A DNA stretch of 64,000 bases from Chiloscyllium plagiosum (taxonomy: Eukaryota), in assembly GCF_004010195.1 (NCBI RefSeq), contig NC_057718.1, positions 6,362,857 to 6,426,856 of the forward strand, written 5' to 3'. The notes under the pieces were generated by a model. That model was not told where the DNA came from. It was given only the letters and a program-made list of their open reading frames with translations, and did no database searches. The position numbers were made by a program, and so were the translations under genes. Shown here in pieces: positions 38,566 through 51,129 of the stretch. The first letter of the stretch is position 1. Each line of letters begins with the position of its first letter.

Positions 38566-38767
38566 AGTGAGGACTGCAGATGCTGGAGATCAGAGCTGAA
38601 AATGTGTTGCTGGAAAAGCGCAGCAGGTCAGACAGCATCCAAGGAACAGGAGAATCGACGTTTCGGGCATAAGCATTCCTGAAGAAGGGCTTATGCCCGA
38701 AACATCGATTCTCCTGTTCCTTGGATGCTGCCTGACCTGCTGCGCTTTTCCAGCAACATATTTTCAG
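38566..38767. mobile_element. Palindromic Penelope mini-element with hammerhead-like motif
   Basis: Near-perfect ~85 bp inverted arms; direct repeat ctctgaacctggagaa at 38550-38565 and 38768-38783. Confidence 0.9.
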
Positions 38768-39899
38768 CTCTGAACCTGGAGAAGGTTAGAGAGCTTGACT
38801 TGATTGTGGTAAAATGGTGGTACAGTCAGACTGAGAACTTTTAGAGTTAAATAAACTCAGGGATAATGTGTGATGGGATTTGATTCAAACTAAGATGTAG
38901 AATACAAGCAATTTTTGCAATATCTGCTATGCCTATAATTACAGCTAGTAGAGGCAAAATGATAACTTTGGCTTGGACCTGTGGATCATTTCATCACCGG
39001 AAGATCTTTTATCTCTTGAATGTTGTTCACAGAAGACATTGTTCCTTCTGGGTCTTGTTGTTTGGCCAATACCGTATCTTGAGTGCCTTAAGTCTCCTAA
39101 ATTTCCTTTGTTGAGGAACTCTCTGCTAACTCAGTTTGTTGCCCCAAAATACCATCTGGAAGACCTTTACGCTCATGGAAGTCCATTATAGACAACATCA
39201 ATGTCAATGAAAGCAATGCTTTCTCTCTTGTTGCAAGCTGGATTTCTGGACGAGCTCACCTCTTTCTAATTGAAAGGTAAATTTCTTTACAGTATCCTGA
39301 ACATTTGGACCATATGGCATAGGAACTGAACTATGCCATTTGGCCCAATGAGTCTGCTCCATCACTCTATCAAATCTGACATGTATCTCAACCCAAACAT
39401 TCATGTTAGCTCACAAGTTACAAGTGTTGATTGTGAACATATAAACATTTTCAACTGTCCTACAATTCTAATGCTGCAGTGTCACTTAGAGTATCCTTAT
39501 GGCCTTGAAAACTATTTCACCTAAACCACATAGCCTCATCATAGGATGATATAGACATGGTTTTATAGCATATTGACATTAGTACTTGTATCAAGCCTAA
39601 ATTTAACAGGATATCCATTAATGTACAGAGGCTCTTTAAATCACAAAATATTGGAAACTCCAGTTTCCCCAATGAATGCCTTGAACATCTATTCTGAAGG
39701 AGATTATTCAACCATATTGAGCACCGCCTATATAACCTTATTTTATGTTTCACCTCTATAACTGTGTTCCACCTCTGCACATGTTATTTGATTTTTATGC
39801 AATTCTGTACCTTAACAATTGATGTCTTCAAGCTGTCCAACCTTATGATTGGGGTAATCCTTCTCTGATCTTGAATCTATGAAGACATAACGTGTTCAC

Positions 39900-40485
39900 A
39901 AGAACAAGTCAGAGGCTGGGAATCCTTTGCCTAGTACCTCACTTCCTAATTTTAAGAAGCCTGTCCACCATCCAAAGGCACAAGTCAGGAGTGTGGTAGA
40001 ATACTCCCCACTTGCCTGGATGAGTGCAACTCCAATAACACTCAAGAGGTTTGACACCATCCAGGACAAAGCAGCCCACTTTTTTGGCACCACATCCACA
40101 AGCATCCACTCCCTTCACCACCAACGCTCAGTAGCAGCAGTGTGAACCATCTATAAAATGTACTGCAGAAATTCACCTAAGAGTGCTTAGGCAGCAACTT
40201 CCAATCCTTGACCACTTCCATCCAGAAGGACAAGGGCAGCAGATACATGAGAACACCACTCCCTGAAAGTTCCCCTCCGAACCACTCATCATCCCGACTT
40301 GGAAATAGGTCAGTGTCGCTGGGTCAAAATCCTGAGACACCCTCCTTAATGTACTGTGGGAATACTTATACTAGATGGACTGCAGCAGTACAATATGTCA
40401 GATCACCAACATCTCAAGGGCAACTGGAGATGGACAATAAACTCTGATCCAGCTCGTAACACTCACAATCCATAAATGAATGGAA
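39900..40485 (+). mobile_element. Zenon-like CR1-group LINE 3' part
   Basis: KAQVRSVVEYSPLAWMSATPITLKRFDTIQDKAA..IHSLHHQRSVAAV; family tail. Confidence 0.88.
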
Positions 40486-41605
40486 AAGTTTTCTTCTACA
40501 TTAATTTTTAGAGAAAGTTCTCTGATATAAATCTGACTACCAAGTTGATAATTTAATAACTGAGTCTTCAAGTTTAGCATGACACCTTTAATTATGACAC
40601 TTGGCTCTTACCAGCAACAACAATCCTTGAATTAAGACAATATTCAGTTAATCAAGATATCATGCTTTGGGTAATAACAGCACACATTAACATGGCTGCT
40701 TTAATCAAGACATTATAATTTATATGATGAAACAGAGGTTATTAATCATGAAAGCATCTCTTTGATCTTGCCTCTTTAATTGTGATTATACTGCCACTTC
40801 CATCAGAAATTGGCGCTATGCTCCATCCAGCAACTGTACCCTGTTAATTGTGCTAGATATCTCAATACAACACTTTGTTCATCATTATAGCACCTGATCA
40901 ACTATGTTCCAACTTCATTTTTAACCCAAAGAAATGACATGAGAATTTTCCTTTTATCATGACAGCAGCCTTTTTTAATAACCACGCAACCCCTTATAAT
41001 CAAACCCAGTGCCTTCCCTTAATCGCCTTATGACGTCCCTCAAAAGTACATTTTTTCGGTATTTTGCAAATGGGGCAATTTATTGTCCCAGATTAAAATG
41101 AACTGCTTTTAATTTCCGGCACTCAGAGTAGCTGGGGAAAGAACAGATTATTGACTTCGATTCCAAAAGCCGTTTATTTGATGAAAACATTCCTTATGTC
41201 CAGCTGTTTGAACAATGTTCTTGAAAGTTATTTATGGTTCTTTAAAGAGCAGCGAGCTGCATGTGTTTTCCTCTTTGAGAATTTTGTTTTGCTCAAGACT
41301 AATTTGTGGTCTTGTTGCTCTTCTTCTCTGTCTTCATCTTTATCTTCAGGCACAGCTGTTAATGCATGAGACTCCAAACGTTCCAATCACTTCTCTTCCT
41401 CTATATTCATGGTTCTTAAGAAGATAACAAAACACTGATAAAAAGACAGACATGCATTTATAAAATGCCTTTCACAATCACTGGTATTCTTATGGAGCCC
41501 AACAGCCAATGAAGAAGTATTTTTGAAGTCTAGTTGCTGTTCGAATGTGGGCAACAAGGTTATTTTTCACACTGCAATTTCACACAATGTGATAATGGTC
41601 AGACT

Positions 41606-42335
41606 AGGGGAGGTGATGGCCCAGTGGTTTTATCACTGGACTGTTAATTCCAGAGACCCAGGTAATGTTCTCAGGACCTGAATTCAAATCCTGCCGTGGC
41701 AGATGGTGGGAATCTGATGGAAAATCTGGAATTAAGAATCTAAGGATAACTGTGAATCAATTGTTGTTAAAAATAAACTCATCTGGTTCACTAATGTCTT
41801 TTAGGGAAGGAAGCTGCCATCCTTACCTGGTCTGGCCTACATGTGACTCCAGACCTACAGCAATGTGAGTGCCTTGAACATCTGTTCTAAAGGAGATTGT
41901 TCAACCATATTGAGCATTGCCTGTATAACTTCATTTTATGTTTCACCTCTGTAATTGTGTTCTACCTCTGCATATGTTACTTGATTTTGATGCAATTCTG
42001 TACCTTAACAATTGATTTCTTCAAGTTGTCCAACCTTGTGTTTGGTGTAATCCTTCTCGGATCTTGAATCTATGAAGATATAGACAAGAACAAGTCAGAG
42101 GCTGGGTATCCTTTGCCTAGTATCTCACTTCCTAACTTTACAAAGCCTATCCATCATCCACAAGACACAAGTCAGGAGTGTGGTGGAATACTTCCCATTT
42201 GCCCGGATGAGAGCAACTGCAACAACACTCAAGAAGATTGACACCATCCAAGACTCAACTGCCCTGTGGGAAATTAGGGATGGGCAATAAATGCTGACCC
42301 AGCCAGTGACGTCCACTTCCCATGAAATAATTTTA
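41606..42335 (+). mobile_element. tRNA-SINE (Zenon-like tail family) split by a 385-bp local duplication
   Basis: Body 41606-41869, resumes 42252 gactcaactgccct..gggatgggcaataaatgctg. Confidence 0.85.
41870..42254 (+). repeat. Diverged direct copy of 39677-40067
   Basis: Colinear from tgccttgaacatct to gacaccatcca-gac. Confidence 0.92.
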
Positions 42336-42766
42336 AAAAGATAATCTGCTTTGATGCTGAAGGTTAAGTATTGGTCAGGGCACTGAAGATGGTTCTCCTC
42401 CTCTCCTTAATAATTGTGACATGTGTTCTTTTTGTTTAATTCATTCACGGGATATGGGTGTCACCAACTGGGCCAACATTTCTTGCTGTCATTACTGGTT
42501 CTCCGACAGGTTGGAAGAATGACCCAACATCTCCAAAAGAAAGGCAATATATGTCTAAGACAGGATGGTATATGACATAGTCAGGAACTTGGAGATGAGC
42601 TCAAAGGATATGGCTCATTGGGAGGATAAATGGATAAACATCATCTGTGATCTTATTGAATGATGACTAGATGAAAGGGGTTGAATGTGCTTATGCTTTT
42701 TTCATCCTTTGATTATGCATTATCATGTTGCTGTGTTTCTTAGTGGTAGAAGTGATAAGGATAGAA

Positions 42767-43041
42767 GATTAAATTAGATTCCCTACAGTGTGGAAACAGG
42801 CCCTTTGGCCCAACAAGTCTACACTGATTCTCCGAAGAGTGACTCACCCAGACTCATTTCCCTCTGACTAATGCACCTAGCAGTTTAGCACAGCTAATTC
42901 ACCTAACCTGCACACCTTTTGACCATGGGAGGAAACCAGAGCACCTGGAGGAAACATGCACAGACAGTCGCCCGAGGCTGGAATCGAACCTGGGTCTCTG
43001 GTGCTGTGAGGTAGCAGTGCTAATCACTGAGCCATCATGCC
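42767..43041 (-). mobile_element. HE1-type V-SINE
   Basis: Reverse copy with internal deletions. Confidence 0.88.
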
Positions 43042-43934
43042 AAAGGTGGAAACAATCCTTTCAGCTGAGCAAGTGAAGGCATGTCTGATGCTTAATGCAG
43101 CTAAATGACTTTCTTGATCACTTCAAGAGTAGTTAAGAACCATCCACTCCTCTAGAAATATAGCTTCATTCATGGATAAGGAGGCAGATTTTTAACACGA
43201 AGTCTCCTGAGTGAAACAGTCACATTTTCTTGAGAAGCCAACCTCGTGGTCGCTTTCACTGATACCAGTTTGTTATTTATTTTCAGATTGCTTTTGTTAA
43301 TCACTGCCACTGCCAGTGACAAACTCATAATTTATTGGAGTGTGAACCCAGATCTCTAGATTGCCAGCCTGTCAACACTAACAGACCCAAGTTTCAGACC
43401 AGTGGCATAGCAACTAAACCAGGTCACCCTGCACTTGTGGTGGTATCTGTAAAGGAAGTGGGAGAGAGTATCCAAAGGTTTAAAAGAAAGGGGGCAGATG
43501 GCAATGGAGAGTAATAACAGCTTTCCCTTTCTGTTATAACATGAAAAATCGCATCAGAGATTAACTTGGCATTGACAGAGCAGTACCTTCAAAATTAACG
43601 AGCTGTGAACAGACATGAGAGGAGACACCTATTTAGTCTGGAGGATATATGAAGCATTGGGGTGTTGTGGGGAGGTCGATTATTCAAGTTTTACAATCCC
43701 TGAATGGAATCAATGAGTTGGAGAAAATGGAATTTTTGTCTTGTAATCAGAAGGTCACATGTGAAGGAAACTCTTAAGTAAAACGTATCATTAGCAACCC
43801 CAAATGTGAAAAGATTGCCATCTAGTGAATAAAGCATGAACTGGGTTTGGATGCAAACAGATGGATTAAATTGCTGGTCTAACAGACAAAGAGGGTAAAG
43901 GGCTGTTGGAAAGAGTGAATGAATCATAATCTCA

Positions 43935-44195
43935 CATTAAAGGGTCATACAATTAAGACAGAGATGAGGAGGAATTTCTTCTCTCAGGGGATTGTGAGGA
44001 ATTCTTTACCACAGAGGGCTGTCGAGACTGGGTTATTAAGCATATCCAATACTGAGATGGATTTTTAATCCTTAAGGGGATCAAGGGTTTTGGGGAAAAG
44101 GCAGGAAAGTGGAGTTGAGGATTATCAGATCAGCCATGATCTCATTGAATGGCGATGGGCCTAATTGCATCTTCTTCTGATGTTTTGTAGTCTCA
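43935..44195 (+). mobile_element. CR1 3' end
   Basis: gagatgaggaggaatttcttctctcag..gatcagccatgatctcattgaatggcg. Confidence 0.8.
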
Positions 44196-44289
44196 TTGGA
44201 CTAAGGTTAAAAAAGGAAATTCATTAGATACAGTCGAGGGGTCAATAGTGTCACATGAGGTGAATGATCTAACTTGATGTCTCAATCTT

Positions 44290-44640
44290 ACCTTCACAAC
44301 TCTTCAAGGCTTTGCCCCATTATAAATCTGCATTCTCCTCCAGACTTACAATCTCACGGAGAGAGCCCTCCTCAAATTCTGACCTCAATTTTAATCAGAT
44401 GCTGTGCCTTTTGTTCTCTCGAGCCTCAGCTTTGGAACAACACCTTCCACCTCCTCAATTCTTCACTTTTTTTTAGTTCTGCTTTTAAGACACATCTTAA
44501 AACCAAGCTCTTTGACCAAAGACTAACATCTGTTTACACGATTCAGTTTCCTAAGTTTCAGGTCTTATTTGAGAATGCTCATGAGAAGCACCTTGGGATA
44601 TCTCATTATATTAAAGCCACTATAGAAAGGCAATTTGTTG
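44290..44640 (+). mobile_element. L2-like LINE 3' fragment
   Basis: AFCSLEPQLWN..FKTHLKTKLFDQ and L2-type tail gaagcaccttggg..ttaaagccactata. Confidence 0.65.
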
Positions 44641-44814
44641 TTTTCTTTGCGTTGGATCCAAAAAAGCCCATCATCTCCTCTTGTTGGAAAGTAACTCCTG
44701 CAACAATTTGCAACGATACAGCGTGCACACAATAATCAAAGATATTATTGATTCCAGTGTGTAAAGGACATTCAGATGAGTAAGACCTATGCTTTAAGAA
44801 AGATTCAAAAATAG

Positions 44815-44846
44815 GGGAGAGAGAGAGAGAGAGAAAGAGAGAGAGA
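44815..44846. repeat. (GA)n microsatellite
   Basis: Direct reading. Confidence 0.9.
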
Positions 44847-45269
44847 TGAAGAAATCACAGACAGGGAATAAAAGAACCCATATCGGAAAGGAAATGAATG
44901 CTGAAGTTGTTTACAGTGAGACAATAGGAGAAAAGGAAAGTGAGTTGGATAGATTCCATTCAAGGGAGAGAAAGTGTTGTGTTAAATACAGTGCAAACTC
45001 AGATCTCAGGTGGAACAAGAAGACTTTGAGAAGACTGTATTATCTCAGAGCTCTACTATGTGTGTATTTGTGGCAGTAAACCCCATCACATCTCTTTAAA
45101 ATGGGGGACAGAACTGATCCAGGTGATTACAGTGTCGACAGTGGAAATCTACAATCAGTAATATTGAGAGACTGCCACTAAAGGTAAGATTACCAATAAA
45201 GGTAAAAATCTGGATAAGAGAGTTAGCCAACACAGATATCCATAAGGCAAATCACACAATGAGCTTGTT

Positions 45270-46075
45270 CGAGGCTTCTGGAGGTAAATGTGCAGCCTAT
45301 GCAGTATAATGTGGACAAATGTGAGGTTACCCACTTTGATAGCAAAAATGGGAAGGCGTTTGAATGGCTGTAAATTGAGAGAGGGACATGCTCAACAAGA
45401 TCTGGATGTCCGTGAGGACCATTCATTGAAAGTCAGCGTGCAGGTGCAGCAGGCAGCAAGGAAGGCAAGTAGTATGTTGGCTTTCATAGTGAGAGGGATT
45501 TGACTACAGGAACAGGGATGCCTTTATAACTCTACAGGGCTTTGGTGAGGCAGTGCTAGAATATTGTGTGCAGTTCTGATCTCATCTGAGGAAGGATGTT
45601 CTTGATATAGAGGGAGTACAGCGAAGGTTTACCAAAATTGATTCCTGGGATGACACGACTGACATATGAGGAGAGACTAAGTTGCTGAGGGTTGTCTTCA
45701 CTGGAGTTTAGAAGAATGAGGAGGGATCTCATAGAAATGTATAAAATTATAACAGGACTAGACAGGTTAGGTGGAGGAAGTATGTTCACTATTTTGGTGG
45801 AGCCCAGAACCAGAAGTCATAATTTAAGGAGAAGGGGTAAATGTTTTAGGACTGAGATGAACAGAAATGTCTTCACCCAGAGAGTAGGAAGCCTGTGGAA
45901 GAAACTTAGTTGAGGCCAAAACATTATGTGTTGTCAAGAAGGAGGTAGAGATAGCTCTTTAGCTACAGGATCGAGGGATACGAGTTCAATTTATCAGCTA
46001 ACATCATATTGAAAGATGCAGCAGGCTCAAAGGTTCAAATGGGCTACTCATGCTCCTATCGTCTATGTTTCTATG
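45270..46075 (+). mobile_element. CR1 3' fragment
   Basis: QVQQAARKASSMLAFI..SLEFRRMRRDLIEMYKIITGLDR; tail ctatgtttctatg. Confidence 0.9.
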
Positions 46076-46734
46076 TAACAAAAAAAGATATGGTCAACAT
46101 AGTGTCTGAGGAAGCCTCTAAAACAAGATCCTGAAAGGAGATTACTGGGTGAGACTTCTTAGGAAAACAGGGAGACAGTAAACTGGAGGAAAGATTATTT
46201 GGTAGCATCGATAATTTTCTCGAGTGATTGAAAGTGGATTGTAGTGGTCTACAGAGTAGGGACTGCCTCTGCTCGCTGTGTAGGGCAGCAGTTTGGCTCT
46301 TGATCAAAGAGAGACATGTTGCAATTTGCAAATATCAGTGGTGTTCATTTGTGAAAAAAAATTCATTTGTCAATATCCTCCTTTCATCACCTTCCATGGC
46401 TTGCTGTGTATTTTTGACATCCTATGTTTTAAAATCTAAATTCTGAGAATTACTTTGAAGTAGCTTTCTGTTCCATGCTGAGGATTTTCTTCCCTTCATT
46501 AACACAGACCTATTGAAGTCTTGAGTGCTTCTCATATCTCTCAAATTGTTGAACACAGCAGGAAAACATCTGACATGAGGCCAAACCTAGCCTTTGACAG
46601 CCAACGTCTCTGCTTCCTTTTCACTGTTCATGGGTTCCAACTTCCTCGACCCAGAAAACCTCAGCACAGAATGAAGGGATCGGTGCCTCTACTGGTTCTT
46701 GGGGAAGCCATTCCGAATCATTTCATTTTCCTGT

Positions 46735-47360
46735 TAGAGTCACAGAGCGATGGAGATATATAGCACAGAAACAGACTCTTCTGTCTAACTCCTCCATGCT
46801 GGCCAGATATTCCGAATTAATCTAGTTCCATTTGCCAGCACTTGGCCCATATCCCTCTGAACCGTTCCCATTCAGTTAATCACCCAGATGCCTTTTAAAT
46901 GTTGTAATTGTCCTAGCTCCATCATCTCCTCTGGCAGCTCATTCCATACACGTACCACCCTCTGCAGGAAAAATATGTCCCTCATGTCCTTTTTAAACCT
47001 TTCCGCTCTCATCTTAAGCCTATGCCTTCTGGTTTTAGACTCCCCTATCATGGGCAAAATTCCTTAACTACTTATCCTATACATGCCCCTCATGATTTTA
47101 TAGACCTCTATAAAGTCATCCCTCAGTCTCCAATGCTCTAGGGAAAACAGCTCCAACCTATTCAGCCTCTCTCTATCGCTCAAACCCTCCAACCCTGGCA
47201 ACATCCTTGTAAATCTTTTCTGAACCCTTTCAAGTTTCACATTTTTCCACTAGCAGGGAGACCAGAATTGAATGCAGTATTCCAAAAGTGGCCGAACCAG
47301 TGTCCGATACAGCTGCAGCATGACCTCCCAAACTCTACAATCAATGCACTCACCAATAGT
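46735..47360 (-). mobile_element. CR1 3' fragment
   Basis: ESKTRRHRLKMRAERFKKDMR..QRVVRVWNELPEE. Confidence 0.88.
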
Positions 47361-47925
47361 TCCTGAATAGTTTTGCAACCTATCCCCTTCAAATATTCAC
47401 TGAATTCCTGTTAGAGAAAAAAATAATCAAACTGCTTCCACCAACCTTTCAGGTATTGTGTTCCAGATTACAATGCAATATAAACTTCTCTCATCTCATC
47501 TCAGGCACGTTTTGTCAATTAATTTGAAGCTGTGGGCTGTGATTATCAAGACTTCTGGCACTGGAAGAAATTTCTTATTGACTCAGTCAAAGTTCTACAT
47601 AACTTGAAATATTTTCATGAAGCTTCCCTGCTCAAGGAGAACAATCCTGACCTCTATTCTCTGCATTGAATGGAATGGAACTGTCATGATGCAATTGCCA
47701 CATTTGACATTTGTGCACCTGGATTCAAACCAAAACACAGAAGCAGAGTCTGAGACAGGGCCCATTTCTGCTGTAATGCTGTTCACAGCTGCTTTACCTG
47801 CCAACACCACCCTATATACACAATTCTAGCTGGGTGAAGACTTGGGAAAAGTGAATCAAAATCATTTTGATCTTATTTGCTATTGACAACCCTAGAAAAG
47901 GAGAAGATAGGTTTAGGTAAAATTG

Positions 47926-48162
47926 AATCATAGAATCCCTAAGTGTGTGGAAGCAGGCCATTCAGCCCATTGAGTCCACACTGACCCTCCAAAGAGCATC
48001 TTACCCATCCATCCCATCCCTGGAGCCCTGCATTTCCTATGGCTGATCCACCTAACCTACACATCATTGGACTGTCGAGGAAACTGGAGTATCCAGAGGA
48101 AACCCACACAGACAGGTGCTCAAGGGTGGAAACAAAACTAGGTTCTGAACCACTGTGACACC
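47926..48162 (-). mobile_element. HE1-type V-SINE, internally deleted
   Basis: Reverse tail gaatcatagaatccct..gtggaagcaggcc and V-domain part. Confidence 0.78.
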
Positions 48163-48494
48163 CCATAGTTCACAGTAATCCTGACCTTCAAAATATTATA
48201 TATATCATGAGTGTAAAATAGTCTTTGCATGACACCAACACTTCTCCTGTAAGCGTAAAATAATTCTTGGTCATGTCAACAAATTGAAGTTCACGACTTT
48301 GTCAATCAAGCATTTCTGTAGGTTACTAATTGCACAGTAATTTTGGATTAAGTGATTGTGAAGGGCAGAATGAAAAATAGTTTTGTTCATCCAATATTAG
48401 ATGGTGGACAGTCTTTTGTGGAACCAAGAGGAGAGATACTGGCTGAAAACTTCCTCGCCTCTGACCTGCTCCTGTACTGTGACTGTAAGAGCAG

Positions 48495-48740
48495 GTCCGA
48501 GGCTGGGAATATTACAGAGAGTAACTCATCTCCTGACTCCACAAAAGCCTGGACACTATCAAGAAAGTGCAAGTCGGGGGTGGGGGCGGGGGGGGTGGGG
48601 AGGGGGGGGTGATAGCATATTCCCCACTTGCCTCGGTGAATGCAGCTCCAACAACACTCAAGAAGCTTGACATCATCCAGGACAAAGCAGCTGACTTGAT
48701 TGATACCACAGATGATAATAAACTCTAACATTACCGGTGT
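48495..48740 (+). mobile_element. Zenon-like CR1-group LINE fragment
   Basis: gaggctgggaat..tccccacttgcct..caacactcaagaagcttgacatcatccaggacaaagcag; G-rich insert at 48575-48610. Confidence 0.75.
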
Positions 48741-50009
48741 CCGCTGCATCTTCTGAAAGGTTCATTAAAAACTACATATTGAGTCTGAAACAGCAGCAGA
48801 AAACCGAGATAAATAAACAAATTGACAATCTCATCAGGGAGCTTATAAACTTCACTGCAGCAAATGATAAATGTCACAGTGAGGATCTCATGGGAATGTT
48901 TTCAAAACTAACCAAAGGTGACCAAAAATAAATTTAGAAGAAGGAAATAAACTATGATGGCAATTTAACAATGAAAATAAAAATGGACAGCAAGCGCTCC
49001 TTTAAATATTTGAGAAAAAAGATACCAAATGAGCATAGGCCACTTCGAGAATGAGGCTGCCTAAAGATAATTAAGAATCAGGAAATAGCAGAACAGTTGA
49101 ATAAATAAATAGATCATTCTCCAATGATGAAGCATTCTAAAATGATTAATCAATCAAGAGTCCAAAGTGGCAGGGGTAGGGTGAGGTGCGGGGTGGGTGG
49201 GTCGGAAATAATTGCAAGAACTAACACTCGAGATGAAGGACTGAGGGATCTAATGGGGTTAAAGTCCAATCAATCTCCTCAACTTGATGAAATGCATTCT
49301 GGATTTGAAAAGAAATAGCGCAGGGATAGTGAGCATATCAATAATCATCCAAGATTCCACCTCAGGCTGCTGTACCTTGCTGGATGGTTCTCCTTGAATT
49401 TTGTGATCCTAGAAGTTTCGGAAAACACTGAATTGAGCCTCTTTGGCAGAAAGACCCTGCTTGTAATTGGAATCTGAGATGAAAATGAATGGGAACATTT
49501 CTTTTTATTTTAGTTGTGACGTGCCAAGGCTGGATGGTGCATATATAGACAGCTCAAACAAAACAGCAAGGAGCTTAGACTCCTGTCTGAAATGATTCCA
49601 AGATTTACAAGGAAAACATTATGGAAGTCTCAGAGGGTAGTGATCTGGGTAAGAGACACTGGGAGGATCGTACTCTCCCAAGAAGAGAGGAAATGTAATG
49701 ATTTGGTGGTAATTTTCCCAATGACCTAATTAGGCATCTCAAAACTTTGGCAATAGGCACCTGTTCTTTCTTTGTGACACTACTTATTTTCTTCTACTTA
49801 ATTTCCCACTCTAGGTACTGAGGTTAATTCTGAGAATTCAGTGGCTTTTGTGGAATGCTGAAATTTTCTTTCCTTTAAGAGATATCACAATCCACACATT
49901 CCGTGGTTGGAAGTCAGAGATTACATTCCAAAGATAACATCCTTCAATTTAATGCTTTATTTTTCACTTGATTTAGTATGGATCATGAGGAAAACTGTCT
50001 GCTCCACTT

Positions 50010-51100
50010 CGTCAGTTGCGTTCTTCCTTCTGAGTCAGATCGAGATGGCTTTGAGTCCCATGGCCAAACCTTGGCTATGAACTCCAAGTTGACAGTTTTT
50101 AGCAGCACTGAGGCAGTGCTGCACAGTCAGTGGCACTGGTTCTTAGCATATGACTTTAAACCATCTGGCTCATATGCTTAAAATGGCTGAGTTTTGACTG
50201 TCAGAGCAAATCATCTGCACCCAGCTCAACTAAGGTGCATAAACAAGAGGAGGACAAAGGAAGGGTTTCAAAGATTCCCTGAAGGCTTCCCTCAAGAAAT
50301 GCACCGTAGATGTCAACGTGTGGGAGACTCTTGTTCAGAAGAAATTGACTTGGAGGAACCTCCAGTCTGAAAGGGCACAACCTACAGGTCGGTGCAACAT
50401 TGAGGGCCGAAGGGCCTGTTCTGCACTGTAACGTTCTAAGTTCTATGTTCTAATTCTTCCAGAACACCCATCAGCAAGAGGAAATGGGGAGAGGGAACCA
50501 GAGAAAGGAATGTTAGTGATCTCAAGGTCAAGGTTCAATTCCACCTCCTGGAAACACCAGCTAAATGTGGGTTTGGAGATGTGGCTCTAGAATCAGACTC
50601 ATCAGACACTGAAGGACCACAGAACTGCTGAGCAGCGACACGGAATATCTGAGGTGGACAAAATTATTCACTAGTGAGTGATTGATGATGACAAAAGCAA
50701 TCTCACCTCATCAGCTAGATCCTCCAGGTTGATTTCAAAGAATGGTCTGAAGAGAATAGATCAGTGGGAGAATGTGCTCTAAATGATGGAGTGCCCAATT
50801 AACAATACTGTTTGAATATAACTGGCAGAAGAACCATTAACGATGTGAGGAGAATTCTGTGTTACATTGATTAGGAATTGTTCGGTATTGCCTGGAAATG
50901 TGCTAGAGACTGATTCTCAACAAGGAGATTGAGAAAGAAACTCCAGCAGCAAATCAGAGTAACTGGCAAATGGTCTCGTGTTTTTTGTGGGATCTTGTTG
51001 TGTACAAATTTCTGACTCTAATTTCCTTCCTTGGTGTGAAGGGATATGGAATGTTCTGAGGAAAGGAAAAGTACTATAACAATGCAGGGTCTTTGATTCT
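50010..51100 (+). mobile_element. SacSINE1-like DeuSINE remnant, interrupted
   Basis: Head ttctgagtcaga..gagtcc..cactgaggcagtgctgcac (50030-50160); tail tgtgggatcttgttgtgtacaaatt..ctataacaatgcag (50985-51095). Confidence 0.5.
50200..50690 (+). mobile_element. RTE-clade LINE 3' fragment, with CR1 tail insert at 50381-50452
   Basis: RGGQRKGFKDSLKASLKKCTVDVNVWETLVQKKLTWR and remnant zinc finger CGSRIRLIRH*RT. Confidence 0.75.
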
Positions 51101-51129
51101 TTAACATGATTATCTTGAAAGCATTAGGA

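Larger units (their letters stand above)
41440..42430 (-). mobile_element. SacSINE1-like DeuSINE remnant interrupted by a tRNA-SINE
   Basis: Reverse 3' tail at 41450-41600 (tgcatttataaaatgcctttcacaa..cagccaatgaag); reverse Deu domain at 42340-42430. Confidence 0.55.

Noticed and set aside
41240..41420. Minus-strand acidic peptide (PEDKDEDREEEQQ) as a possible exon
   Set aside because: In-frame stop shortly upstream, no recognisable family; explained by a purine-rich tract
44274..44735. 153-aa ORF
   Set aside because: Overlaps an L2-like 3' remnant
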